From Candidatus Tayloriibacteriota bacterium (GTDB lineage: Bacteria; Patescibacteriota; Minisyncoccia; Phycocordibacterales; CAIRYW01), in contig JAQBQZ010000007.1 in NCBI GenBank assembly GCA_028286725.1, positions 71,262-135,261 of the forward strand: a DNA stretch of 64,000 nt. Direction: 5' to 3'. The translations under genes were made by a program, and so were the position numbers. Shown piece by piece: positions 10,383 to 19,699 of this stretch (positions within the stretch are counted from its first letter, which is position 1; every line of letters begins with the position of its first letter). The notes under the pieces are model-generated. The model ran no database searches. It was not told where the DNA came from and was given only the letters and a program-made list of their open reading frames with translations.

Positions 10383-10604
10383 ATGGCAGTTGAAGTCAAT
10401 TCAATTTATAAACACAGCAAAAAGGGTAGTACATACCGAGTGCTTGCTCTCGCAAAACACAGCGAGACTCTTGAGGACATGGTGGTCTACGAAACATTAT
10501 ATGAAAACGATCTCGCCAAGATTTGGACGAGACCGCTTGTAATGTGGGAAGAAAAGGTAGAGGTAAATGGAGAAATGGTGCCTAGGTTTGTGAAAGTTTC
10601 CTAA
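10383..10604 (+). CDS. DUF1653 family protein
   Basis: YKHSKKGSTYRVLALAKHSETLEDMVVYETLYEN...WTRPLVMWEEKVEVNGEMVPRF matches the DUF1653 signature. Confidence 0.6.
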   Translation: MAVEVNSIYKHSKKGSTYRVLALAKHSETLEDMVVYETLYENDLAKIWTRPLVMWEEKVEVNGEMVPRFVKVS

Positions 10605-10613
10605 ATTTTGTAT

Positions 10614-11012
10614 TTAATTCTTAATTATTACAGTGTCTGCTTGCGGTCTTATGTGTTTATCGTAAACATCCTTTACTGCATCTATTTGATCAATATACAT
10701 TAAAAATCTAGCATTTTTACTTGTTGCATCTACTTTGTCTATTTCCTGCCTTACCATCCTTAGAGCTTCTTTGTATTCGACTTCTAATTGTTGTCTTTTG
10801 TAATTCGTCTCAGGATTATCATACGGGGTATTGTCGAGCATGTATTTCAATTCATCAACCTTACTCATTGCATCAAATAGTGGCAAAAACTCTGAAAAAT
10901 TTAAGGCGGTCACCTCTCTCTTTCTTCTGATAATTTCATCATTAATTCCTTGGTGTATAAGGTCACTAATTTCTGTCTTGGATAATTCAGGATCTAATAT
11001 CTCCGGATTCAT
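10614..11012 (-). CDS. Hypothetical protein
   Basis: 132-aa ORF abutting the kinase gene; no recognisable motif. Confidence 0.4.
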   Translation of the reverse strand: MNPEILDPELSKTEISDLIHQGINDEIIRRKREVTALNFSEFLPLFDAMSKVDELKYMLDNTPYDNPETNYKRQQLEVEYKEALRMVRQEIDKVDATSKNARFLMYIDQIDAVKDVYDKHIRPQADTVIIKN

Positions 11013-11014
11013 AA

Positions 11015-12016
11015 TTAAATAGTCTTTACCTTGTAGTCTGCTTTTGCTTTATCCAAAAAGAATTGAATCGTTGCCTGATCAAGAAGTCCTTTCTGTGCGC
11101 CGATGCTTTGAACTACAGACATAGAGTTGATTGGTGCCCACGTGAGCGCCTCTTCGACTGTTTTGCCCATTGCGAGTGTTGCAACAAATGTTGATGCGAA
11201 TGCATCTCCAGCTCCTGTACGTTCGTAAGGGGGCTTTGTATCAGGATAGAGAGGCATGTAGAGATTCTTGTCTTCGTATGATGCATATGCACCATTTGGG
11301 CCATCTGTGATGAGTGCGATCTTTGGTCCCAATGCTCGCATACCTGCGAGAAGTTTTTTGATATCTTTTTCTTCAGTCTTTAGAATTCTCTGAGATTCTT
11401 CGAGATTGCAGATACTGACCTCTGTTCGTGCATAAATATCTTTGAGCTCTTCAGTACCGAATTGCATCTGGAATGTACCAGGCTGGAATGCAAGCTTTAT
11501 ATCTGGATTTAGTTTGAGAGCTTGTGCGATCTCTTTGTGGAATTCAAGACTGTCTTGTCCGAGAGATGAAAGATAGATCCATTGTGGATTTTTCATACTA
11601 GGAATATGTCTTTCGAATGTTTCGTGCTTGATGAGAATTGTTCGATCAACATCGTACCAGAGTACATAATGGTAGTTGGTTTTCTTGCCATTGTGGAGTT
11701 TTACGAAATCTGTTGCAACTCCATTGCTTTTGAATGTTTGTACCGCTTCAGCACCATTCATGTCATTTCCAAGATCTGTAATGATCGCAGTTTTGAGTCC
11801 AAGTCGCGCAAAAGCTACCGCAGCGTTCGCACTGTTGCCCACAGCAGGGCAGACTTCAACAAAATCATAAGGAATCTTGTCTCCATATTTCATACAGATT
11901 TCACATTCTGTACTGTTAAGTTTGCAAGTAATATGTGCGTCTTTGAGTCTAATAAAAGCATCGGTGACAGTGTCGCCGATAGCAACGATGTCATATTGTG
12001 GTTTAAAAAATATCAT
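11015..12016 (-). CDS. PfkB-family carbohydrate/nucleoside kinase (ribokinase-like)
   Basis: N-terminal IGDTVTD and C-terminal TGAGDAFASTFV anion-hole motif. Confidence 0.7.
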   Translation of the reverse strand: MIFFKPQYDIVAIGDTVTDAFIRLKDAHITCKLNSTECEICMKYGDKIPYDFVEVCPAVGNSANAAVAFARLGLKTAIITDLGNDMNGAEAVQTFKSNGVATDFVKLHNGKKTNYHYVLWYDVDRTILIKHETFERHIPSMKNPQWIYLSSLGQDSLEFHKEIAQALKLNPDIKLAFQPGTFQMQFGTEELKDIYARTEVSICNLEESQRILKTEEKDIKKLLAGMRALGPKIALITDGPNGAYASYEDKNLYMPLYPDTKPPYERTGAGDAFASTFVATLAMGKTVEEALTWAPINSMSVVQSIGAQKGLLDQATIQFFLDKAKADYKVKTI

Positions 12017-12073
12017 AACAATAATTATATCAAATAATAGTATTTAGTATATGGTATGTAGTATTTAGTATAA

Positions 12074-12232
12074 AAATTCCCATCATGCACTGTTGCAGAA
12101 TGGGGCTTGAGTACGAAAATACTCAGAGAGTCTGTCGAGACCGAGGTCGATTGTTCCGACGACAATCGCGAGCGGTAAAAGTGCGATATTTAATAGCATT
12201 TGAGTAATGCTTAATTCTGGTTGCGTTTCCAT
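12074..12232 (-). CDS. Possible small membrane protein (52 aa)
   Basis: METQPELSITQMLLNIALLPLAIVVGTIDLGLD... in a locally GC-richer intergenic segment; weak support. Confidence 0.25.
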
Positions 12233-12310
12233 GGTTAGGGGTGAGGTTGGTTTCTGCATATAATGCTACTCCTCTTTATAAAATCTGCAAATAAGTGATA
12301 TAATCTACGA

Positions 12311-13171
12311 ATGCAAACAAAATCACTAAAACAATACATTATAGAAGCGAAAGAAAAAGGTGTAGCGATCGGACACTTTAATATTTCAAACCTTGAGGCA
12401 TTACATGCAATATTTAATGCAGCAAAAGCGCTAAGCGTTCCAGTCATTATTGGAGTTTCTGAAGGCGAGCGAGATTTCGTCGGTGTTCATGAAGCGGTAG
12501 CACTCGTCAAAACTCTCCGAGAAGAAAACGACTATCCAATATTTTTGAACGCTGATCACACATATTCATTTGACCGAGTAAAAGAAGCGATTGACGCTGG
12601 ATATGACTCAGTTATTTTTGATGGAGCGAAACTAACGCTTGATGAAAACATAGTGATCGCAAAACAGTGTGTAGAATACGCAAAAAATTGCGGACGGGAA
12701 GTGCTCGTCGAAGCTGAGCTCGGATATATTGGACAGTCTTCAAAGATCCTTGACGCAGTGCCAGATGGAGTAGAGCTCACAAGTGTTGCTGATGCAGAAA
12801 AGTTTGTCAAAGAAACTGGTGTAGACCTCTTTGCTCCTGCAGTAGGAAATATTCACGGAATGCTGAAAGATATTCCAGACCCTCGGCTTAATATCGAACG
12901 AGTGGGCGAGATCTCGAAGGCAACAGGAGTACCTCTTGTACTTCACGGAGCATCAGGCAACAGTAAAGAAGACATTCAGGACGCAATCAAAAACGGTGTC
13001 GCAATCGTGCATATCAATACTGAGATTCGTGTAGCATTCCATGATGCGCTCGTAAAAGAAGTACAGGACAATCCAGGTGAAGTGGCTCCATACAAAATGT
13101 TAAAGCCTTCTCTTGAAGCGGTGCAAAAAGTGGTAACAGACAAATTGAAGTTTTTCAATTTCCTCGATTAA
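12311..13171 (+). CDS. fba: Class II fructose-/tagatose-bisphosphate aldolase
   Basis: GHFNISNLE, LHGASG and HINTE motifs. Confidence 0.8.
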   Translation: MQTKSLKQYIIEAKEKGVAIGHFNISNLEALHAIFNAAKALSVPVIIGVSEGERDFVGVHEAVALVKTLREENDYPIFLNADHTYSFDRVKEAIDAGYDSVIFDGAKLTLDENIVIAKQCVEYAKNCGREVLVEAELGYIGQSSKILDAVPDGVELTSVADAEKFVKETGVDLFAPAVGNIHGMLKDIPDPRLNIERVGEISKATGVPLVLHGASGNSKEDIQDAIKNGVAIVHINTEIRVAFHDALVKEVQDNPGEVAPYKMLKPSLEAVQKVVTDKLKFFNFLD

Positions 13172-13204
13172 GCATTCTCCAGAAGTTGAACTTCTGTAAA
13201 ACAT

Positions 13205-14476
13205 ATGAATTTAGAATATTTCAAAAAAAGAAAACTTCCTGACACACCTGGAGTATATTTTTTCTTAAATAGTCAAAAGAAAATACTCTACATAGGTAAG
13301 GCAACATCGCTCTCTGACCGAGTGCGAAGCTATTTCTCGCCTGATCTTATCGACACTCGAGGCAAGCTCCTGGTCAAAATGGTGGAAGAGGCGACACAAA
13401 TTGATTTTCGAGAGACAGGGTCGGTGCTCGAAGCACTTCTTCTTGAAGCGGACCTCATCAAGAAATTTAAGCCAACTTTTAATACAAAAGAGAAAGACGA
13501 CAAAAGCTTTAACTGTGTTGTCATCACCAAAGAAGATTTCCCTCGGATCATGATCATCCGAAAGAGAGATGTACTTCAGATCCAGAATGTCAAAAATGGA
13601 GGAGAAGTAAATCCAAAATATAAAAACATAAAGATCAAAAAAATATTTGGACCATTTTTAAATGGAATGCAGCTCAAAGAAGCTCTCAAAATCATGAGAA
13701 AAATATTCCCATATCGAGATGAGAAATGCCATCTAAATTCAAAGCGACCATGTTTTAACTATTCAATCGGACTATGTCCTGGGACTTGTATTGGTGCGAT
13801 AGATAAACAGTCTTACGCGATACGAATAAAGAGAATCGAGAAATTCCTTTCAGGAAATATTCGAGCTGTAGTCAAAGATCTTGAAAATGATATGACGGAC
13901 ATGGCAAAAGAGCAGAAATTTGAAGCCGCGAAAAGCATTCGAGATAAAATATACGCGCTTCAGCATATCAACGATGTCTCACTCATCAAAGAAGATTCGC
14001 TTCTTCGTGATAATGGAGGTCTTGGACTCGGTTTTCGTATAGAGTCATATGATATTGCGCATATGTCAGGCAAAAACATGGTGGGAGTAATGACAGTTGT
14101 CACAAATGGTGTGGCAGACAAAAACGAATATCGAAAATTCAAAATCAAAACAGTGGAAAGTTCAAATGACACAAAAGCCCTCGGAGAAGTGCTCGAACGA
14201 CGTCTCACACATCCAGAGTGGCAGATGCCAAATCTGATTGTAGTAGACGGAGGAGTCGCACAATTGAATGCGATGAATACAATTATCGACAAGGCAAATC
14301 TCTCAATCCCAATAGTTTCGGTTCTTAAAGATGAACGACATCAACCAAAAGACGTGCTCGGAGACCAGACACTCGGAATGAAATATCGAAAAGAAATATT
14401 GCTTTCAAATGCAGAGGCACACAGATTCGCAATCGGGTATCACAAAAAAATGCGAAGAAAGAATTTTTTGGTATAA
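13205..14476 (+). CDS. uvrC: UvrC-like excinuclease (GIY-YIG + Cys motif + RNase H-like domain, lacking the C-terminal HhH region)
   Basis: GVYFFLNSQKKILYIGKATSLSDRVRSYF (GIY-YIG), CPGTCIG, and a UvrC endonuclease-domain-like YDIAHMSG...VVDGGVAQLNA; only 423 aa. Confidence 0.6.
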   Translation: MNLEYFKKRKLPDTPGVYFFLNSQKKILYIGKATSLSDRVRSYFSPDLIDTRGKLLVKMVEEATQIDFRETGSVLEALLLEADLIKKFKPTFNTKEKDDKSFNCVVITKEDFPRIMIIRKRDVLQIQNVKNGGEVNPKYKNIKIKKIFGPFLNGMQLKEALKIMRKIFPYRDEKCHLNSKRPCFNYSIGLCPGTCIGAIDKQSYAIRIKRIEKFLSGNIRAVVKDLENDMTDMAKEQKFEAAKSIRDKIYALQHINDVSLIKEDSLLRDNGGLGLGFRIESYDIAHMSGKNMVGVMTVVTNGVADKNEYRKFKIKTVESSNDTKALGEVLERRLTHPEWQMPNLIVVDGGVAQLNAMNTIIDKANLSIPIVSVLKDERHQPKDVLGDQTLGMKYRKEILLSNAEAHRFAIGYHKKMRRKNFLV

Positions 14477-14484
14477 TATATTTA

Positions 14485-15471
14485 ATGAAAACTCAAAAGA
14501 AAATAAAAGTAGCAGTGCTTCGCGGAGGACCATCAAGCGAATATGATGTTTCGCTCAAAACGGGTGCAGGTGTACTCCAAAACCTTGGAGAAAAATACGA
14601 AGCAATAGATATTCTTATCGACAAAAAGGGTGTCTGGCATATTCATGGTGTACCTTTTGATCCAAAACACTTGGACAAAAGAGTTGATGTTGCATTCATT
14701 GCGATGCATGGAGAATATGGTGAAGATGGAACAGTCCAGAGACTCCTTGAACAGCTTCATGTACCATTTACAGGATCAGGATCACTCGCATCAGCGATCG
14801 GCATGAACAAAGTCTTGGCCAAAAAACATTTCATAAATGCAGGCATCAAAACTCCGGTACATAGAGTTATTTTGAAAAAAGATTATAACGAAGATACTGC
14901 GAAAGATCTTTGGACTACATTTATGCAACCCTCTGTTGTAAAACCTGTAAATGCTGGCTCCTCAGTTGGGGTTACCCTTGCATATACACTTTCTGATATA
15001 CAAGAAGGGTTGGAAAAAGCTTTTAAAATTAGTGACAAAGTCTTAATTGAAGAGTTGATAAAAGGTAAAGAGGCGACTTGCGGCGTTTTGGAAGGTTTTA
15101 GAGATAAAGATCACTACGCACTCATGACTGTTGAAATCGTACCTCAAAAGCATCAGAAATTTTTTGATTATGAGTCAAAATACAGTAGCGAAAGTGGAGC
15201 GATTGAGATCTGTCCTGGAAACTTCACAAAAGCCGAGACAGAAGAAATACAACGAATGGCTGTGGAGATGCATAAATCTATTAACGCTGGTCAGTACTCG
15301 CGCTCCGATTTCATTGTCCATCCTAAAAGAGGGGTCTATGCGCTTGAAATCAACACCCTTCCAGGTCTTACTCCTAACTCACTTTTACCTAAAGAAATGC
15401 AGGCTGTAGGGTCTTCATATCCTGAACTCCTCGACCACTTGATCACACTTGCACTAAAGCCTAAAAAATAG
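14485..15471 (+). CDS. ddl: D-alanine--D-alanine ligase
   Basis: KVAVLRGGPSSEYDVSL, MHGEYGEDGTVQ, ATP-grasp C-terminal motifs. Confidence 0.8.
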   Translation: MKTQKKIKVAVLRGGPSSEYDVSLKTGAGVLQNLGEKYEAIDILIDKKGVWHIHGVPFDPKHLDKRVDVAFIAMHGEYGEDGTVQRLLEQLHVPFTGSGSLASAIGMNKVLAKKHFINAGIKTPVHRVILKKDYNEDTAKDLWTTFMQPSVVKPVNAGSSVGVTLAYTLSDIQEGLEKAFKISDKVLIEELIKGKEATCGVLEGFRDKDHYALMTVEIVPQKHQKFFDYESKYSSESGAIEICPGNFTKAETEEIQRMAVEMHKSINAGQYSRSDFIVHPKRGVYALEINTLPGLTPNSLLPKEMQAVGSSYPELLDHLITLALKPKK

Positions 15472-15490
15472 TATATTTTTATGCACTTAA

Positions 15491-15551
15491 GCCCATAAAG
15501 CTTAGTTTGATAGAGAAGTCTGTTGATGATGGGCCCTTAGCTTAGTTGGTG
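15491..15551 (+). repeat. Degenerate partial copies of the tRNA-Ala 5' region (acceptor/D-arm-like)
   Basis: 15531-15551 matches the first 21 nt of the intact tRNA (gggcccttagcttagttggt); 15491-15515 gcccataaagcttagtttgatagag is a more decayed copy; no T-arm, so not functional tRNAs. Confidence 0.6.
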
Positions 15552-15713
15552 GAGTGAGCTTGGGTAGGGACCCCGAGCGCAAGGTCGGAAGCACGAAGGT
15601 GCTGAGACGGGGTCGCGAAAATTTTCAGTAGAAAATTATTTGTGACACTCATTTGCACAAATGAGGCGAGAAGGAAGGTTTGGTTGAAGTGAAATAGTTA
15701 GACAATAAAATAT

Positions 15714-15786
15714 GGGCCCTTAGCTTAGTTGGTAGAGCGCCTCATTTGCAATGAGGAGGTCAGCGGTTCGAATCCGCTAGGGTCCA
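15714..15786 (+). tRNA. tRNA-Ala (anticodon UGC)
   Basis: Cloverleaf: acceptor GGGCCCU/AGGGUCC with a G3:U70 alanine identity pair, anticodon loop UUUGCAA, T-arm GGTTCGAATCC; CCA not encoded. Confidence 0.9.
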
Positions 15787-17394
15787 CAACAATGTACTTT
15801 TAGGCAAGATTTCTACATTTTGTTTATAAGTACCAATACATTTCACAGGTTCTAACTGTTCGTTAGATAACTTGTACTGAGTAGCCACTTCTGGAATCAA
15901 CAGGAGTGGCTTTTCAGTTTCAATTATTAGGATATTGTCTTTAAGAATATGATTGTGTCCTAAGGCAGTTAAAATTTGTTTTCTTTTATATAAGTCTCCA
16001 GAATTAAATTCAGCATGAGCCTTCTCAGCAAAGGTAAGTGTCTGAGCAACAGATTTAAGCCAGTCATCTACACGCTTGTCCACACCGTCAAGGAGAGATT
16101 TTAGTATATGTTTCTCCTCTTCGAGCACTGTCTTTCTCGCTGCAAACTCCTCACCATCTATTTCCTTGTTTATTCTCATCTCTGTAAGGGAATCAAGCTT
16201 CTTTATGCACTGGTCATAATCACGCTGTTGAGTATAAAGAATCTTATTACGGTCATTCTTCTCAGCTTCGTGTTGTGTTTTCAATTCTTCTATTGCCCAA
16301 GTATGGAACTCTGGGCTTATTTCAATACTGGATAGAAAATGCTCAATCTGTTTTTCCAGAACCTCTTCTTTAATAGATTTTTGTGTACAATTCGGATTTA
16401 CTCGACCAGTACAATGATAATAGATATATGAGTGTGTGTTCCCATTCTTCTGACGCTTTGTTTTTTGTTCACATGTGATTCTGGCACCACATTCTCCACA
16501 TTTCATTAATCCTGTATATGCAAAGTTATGATCGTGAGGTCTAGTTTGACCAGCTCTTCCTAAAAAGTATTGAATCTTATCAAACTCTTGCTTTGTAATC
16601 ATTGGAGTATGTTTTCCATGTGTGAGTTCTCCAGTTTTTTGTGGGTATCGAAACCATCCATAATAGAAAGGATTAATGAGTAGTGCATACATATTGGTCT
16701 TGCACATTTTATTTCCTTTTCTGGTAGTAAGACGGAGTTCGTCATTTGCAAATTTTAAAATTTGGTGAACATTATATTGACCAGTTAGCATGTGTTCGAA
16801 TACTTTTCTGACAAGCAAGAATCGTTCTGTATCAATCAGTATTTCTTCATTCTTTCCTTTATCTCTGTATTTACTATTCTTGTATCCTAATGGAGCATTG
16901 CCAGGTCTAAATCCTCTGGCAATAGATTGGTTTTGTCCTCGCTTGATATGTTTCTTTAAGTCTCTCGTATACTGTGTTGATGTACCGAATTCAACTGCCC
17001 AGAGAAGAGCATGATCGTCTGGATACCAATCCCTATCAATTGATCTAATATTCTTTATTACACTTTTCTGTAGATAGTGAGTTATAGTTCCTGCGTCTAT
17101 TGAATTACGAGCCAGTCTATCTACTTTAAAACATAGAATTGCATTTGCTTTTCCAGACTTGATGTATTCCATCATTTTTGTAAATTCAGGTCTTTTATCT
17201 GGCTCACTTGCTGATACTGTTTCATTGAATTCCTGTACTACCGTTAATCCTTCATTTTTTGCAATTGCTCTCACTTCTGTCTTCTGTGATTCAATTGATG
17301 GTACACCATTATCTTCCTCATTTTTATTTGCACCAATTGATCTGCGAGCATAGAGGATGTATTTCAATTTTTTATTTTCTTCTTCGTGACGCAT
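15760..17394 (-). CDS. Large serine recombinase (resolvase/invertase-type catalytic domain + recombinase domain + zinc ribbon + coiled coil)
   Basis: YARRSIG...SIESQ catalytic Ser region, VDRLARN, CGECGARITC...YYHC zinc ribbon; last 9 codons overlap the tRNA-Ala T-arm and acceptor. Confidence 0.8.
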   Translation of the reverse strand: MRHEEENKKLKYILYARRSIGANKNEEDNGVPSIESQKTEVRAIAKNEGLTVVQEFNETVSASEPDKRPEFTKMMEYIKSGKANAILCFKVDRLARNSIDAGTITHYLQKSVIKNIRSIDRDWYPDDHALLWAVEFGTSTQYTRDLKKHIKRGQNQSIARGFRPGNAPLGYKNSKYRDKGKNEEILIDTERFLLVRKVFEHMLTGQYNVHQILKFANDELRLTTRKGNKMCKTNMYALLINPFYYGWFRYPQKTGELTHGKHTPMITKQEFDKIQYFLGRAGQTRPHDHNFAYTGLMKCGECGARITCEQKTKRQKNGNTHSYIYYHCTGRVNPNCTQKSIKEEVLEKQIEHFLSSIEISPEFHTWAIEELKTQHEAEKNDRNKILYTQQRDYDQCIKKLDSLTEMRINKEIDGEEFAARKTVLEEEKHILKSLLDGVDKRVDDWLKSVAQTLTFAEKAHAEFNSGDLYKRKQILTALGHNHILKDNILIIETEKPLLLIPEVATQYKLSNEQLEPVKCIGTYKQNVEILPKSTLLWTLADSNR

Positions 17395-17581
17395 ATAAGT
17401 ATTTGATTAGTTCTCTATCGTCTGTATTTTTGAGTTCCAGTATTTTCAAGTCCATGAGGGAGTTTATTAGTTTATCCTTTGACCATGAATTGATTTCGAT
17501 GATGTATCTTGCGAGTACTGTCTCTCGAATTTCTGTGAAATCTTTTTTACTTCTTATAGTTTTGTTTAATAAATTATTCAT
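17372..17581 (-). CDS. Small ORF upstream of and overlapping the recombinase start (possible directionality factor or regulator)
   Basis: 69-aa ORF; no motif; position only. Confidence 0.25.
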   Translation of the reverse strand: MNNLLNKTIRSKKDFTEIRETVLARYIIEINSWSKDKLINSLMDLKILELKNTDDRELIKYLYASRRRK

Positions 17582-17595
17582 GATTTTTATAGATT

Positions 17596-17629
17596 CTAAT
17601 AATATGGCTCCATGGAGCCATATTATTAG
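17596..17629. repeat. Perfect 34-bp palindrome (ctaataatatggctccatggagccatattattag)
   Basis: Self-complementary over 17+17 nt centred on CATG; lies 30 nt downstream of the primase stop, between the primase and small-ORF/recombinase genes. Confidence 0.9.
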
Positions 17630-17658
17630 GTAGTTCCACCTAAGTACAGGTAGCCTGT

Positions 17659-19482
17659 CTACAACTCTTCTCCCTCGATTTGTTCGAGAGGGATAAAGTA
17701 TTTTTTCTTTTTACCTTCTTTTTCGGAGTGGACAGTAAGACTGTCCTCAAGTTCACGGATTGCTTTCAAAATGTTTGAGTCACTGATTTTCATTTCAGAT
17801 TTCACTGCTGGAATAATCTCACTTGCAAACATCTTGTCGTTTTCTAGTACACCCATAATTATTTCCTTAACTTCATCCTTCTTGAGTTTGTACGCATCTG
17901 CGTCACCAACATACACAACATCGATTTTTTCTGATTCACCAGTCTTGTCTGATTTGATGAGTACATTAAATGATGGTAATCGAGGACCTCGTCTTGATTT
18001 ATCGTGATTAATAAGTAGTTCAATTCCAGACTCGTCTTCTTTCTGCTTATCTACGGAGATATGTGAATCGAGTCTTGCTGAAAGTGCAGATGATCCTCGC
18101 AGATTCTGTCCTGCTCCACTTTTTCTGAATCCGTTATCTTTCCTGTGATGATGAACGGCGAGTACCGTTGCTCCAGCTTGATTAAATCGCTGTAATTGTG
18201 TCAGTACTTTTTGAACTTCGTCTGCTGAGTTCTCGGTCGCACTATGGATTGCTGCGAAAGGATCAATTATTATGAACTTAATATCCTTGTCTCTTACAAT
18301 GTTGAGAAGGGTACTCATCTTCACTTCGTCATCAATTCTTACTGATTGTTGAATCGAGAAATATATTGGAAGTTTTGATTCCGAATTCAACATCTTGAGT
18401 CTTCTTTGAAGTTCCGTGTCTCCGTTTTCTTCGTCAATAATTAAGACGGAGCCTTGTGTTGTTTCAAACTTATCCCAAAGTCTTTTACCTGATGCAACTG
18501 CTTCTGCCATACTAAGCATTATCCAGCTTTTTCCTGAGCCAGGATGTCCTGAGATAACAGATATTCCTTTTTGTGGAATCATCTTTTCTATGATGTATGT
18601 ATTTTGTGTAGTAGGAATTCTTAGGAGATCATTTAGTGAAAGGATGGTGATTTTATTGTCTGGACTAAGTCCTACTCGATTTGACTGTTCTTTCTTTGCT
18701 ATACCATTATAAATTTCATACATTTCTTGATCTGGAAGAGGAGGATTATTCCTCTCATTCCAACCCATGAATGCTGGCAATACAGCGTCATCCCATAATG
18801 TTTCAGGAATATATCGTAAGAGTTTACCAACAATTTGTACTGCTGTGTTATGTCTCTCACCCTCTTCTGCTCCTTTGAATAATATTTCCCAATCTGTTTC
18901 TGTTGCTTTCTTTTCTTTACCTGTCTCTAAAAGCCATTGTGGAAAATCTGCTAATTCTTCTTCATCTGATGGAGCTTTCAGCCATTTATATTTATTTCCA
19001 GACTCATGATGTGAGGAAGGTGCCACGATGTATCCTCCGTCTGCTTTAACATCTCCAATTATTCCTTGCTGCCGAAGATTCATACACTTTATCTCATCAA
19101 TATCTTTAGGATATTTGAAGTAATAATGTCTACCTCCTCCACCAGATTGAACTGTGGCTGTATCTGGAATATCTAGCAGTGTATGGTCTTGTTCCTTTTC
19201 AATATCCAATACAGCCAAATCAGACAAGAACCCTGTCATAATTCCTATACCTGTCACTTTATCTTTGCACCCCTCGAAGAGTAGTTTTACTTCATCTTTT
19301 GTCATGTATCTTTTCTGGTACTCTTTCCAAGAGACTAAAGCTCGTTTACCTTCTAATGGAATAACTGACCATCCCATATCTACATACTCGAACGCTTCTT
19401 TTAATAGTTCATCAAACATATATTTATAATTACTTTGTAATTTCCTCTGATTTTGATTCATTGGAATTCTCAAGTAATGCAT
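17659..19482 (-). CDS. Replication protein: bifunctional primase-polymerase (Prim-Pol) N-domain + PriCT-like + RepA/DnaB-like P-loop ATPase
   Basis: WSVIPL...GIGIMTG...VLDIEK and SGGGGRHYYF...DGGYIVAPSSHHESGNKYKW (Prim-Pol); Walker A GHPGSGKS and AAA_25-like region; 607 aa. Confidence 0.7.
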   Translation of the reverse strand: MHYLRIPMNQNQRKLQSNYKYMFDELLKEAFEYVDMGWSVIPLEGKRALVSWKEYQKRYMTKDEVKLLFEGCKDKVTGIGIMTGFLSDLAVLDIEKEQDHTLLDIPDTATVQSGGGGRHYYFKYPKDIDEIKCMNLRQQGIIGDVKADGGYIVAPSSHHESGNKYKWLKAPSDEEELADFPQWLLETGKEKKATETDWEILFKGAEEGERHNTAVQIVGKLLRYIPETLWDDAVLPAFMGWNERNNPPLPDQEMYEIYNGIAKKEQSNRVGLSPDNKITILSLNDLLRIPTTQNTYIIEKMIPQKGISVISGHPGSGKSWIMLSMAEAVASGKRLWDKFETTQGSVLIIDEENGDTELQRRLKMLNSESKLPIYFSIQQSVRIDDEVKMSTLLNIVRDKDIKFIIIDPFAAIHSATENSADEVQKVLTQLQRFNQAGATVLAVHHHRKDNGFRKSGAGQNLRGSSALSARLDSHISVDKQKEDESGIELLINHDKSRRGPRLPSFNVLIKSDKTGESEKIDVVYVGDADAYKLKKDEVKEIIMGVLENDKMFASEIIPAVKSEMKISDSNILKAIRELEDSLTVHSEKEGKKKKYFIPLEQIEGEEL

Positions 19483-19612
19483 GTCCGTAAATCGCCAGAT
19501 AGAGATTAATAAGCTGAGCTGATTTGCTCGCTGCTTCTTCTTCTGTTAGCTCGACCCCGAATTGCTTAGAATACAATTCAGTAAATTTTTTAAGAGATTT
19601 TTTGGAGATCAT
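19430..19612 (-). CDS. Small hypothetical protein (60 aa)
   Basis: ORF overlapping the primase start; no motif. Confidence 0.25.
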   Translation of the reverse strand: MISKKSLKKFTELYSKQFGVELTEEEAASKSAQLINLYLAIYGHALLENSNESKSEEITK

Positions 19613-19699
19613 TTCCTTGAAATAAAAAACCGAAGCTTTTTATAGCTCCGATTGTATTCAAGTGACCGTAGACTCACGGTAGACTAAAAGTGACTCACC

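Noticed and set aside
15531-15630. A second tRNA gene upstream of tRNA-Ala
   Set aside because: The first 21 nt are shared with tRNA-Ala, but there is no T-arm (no GTTCRANYC) and no anticodon arm in register, so it is a fragment or structured remnant, not a functional tRNA. A tmRNA was also considered and rejected because the segment is too short and lacks a 3' tRNA-like end.
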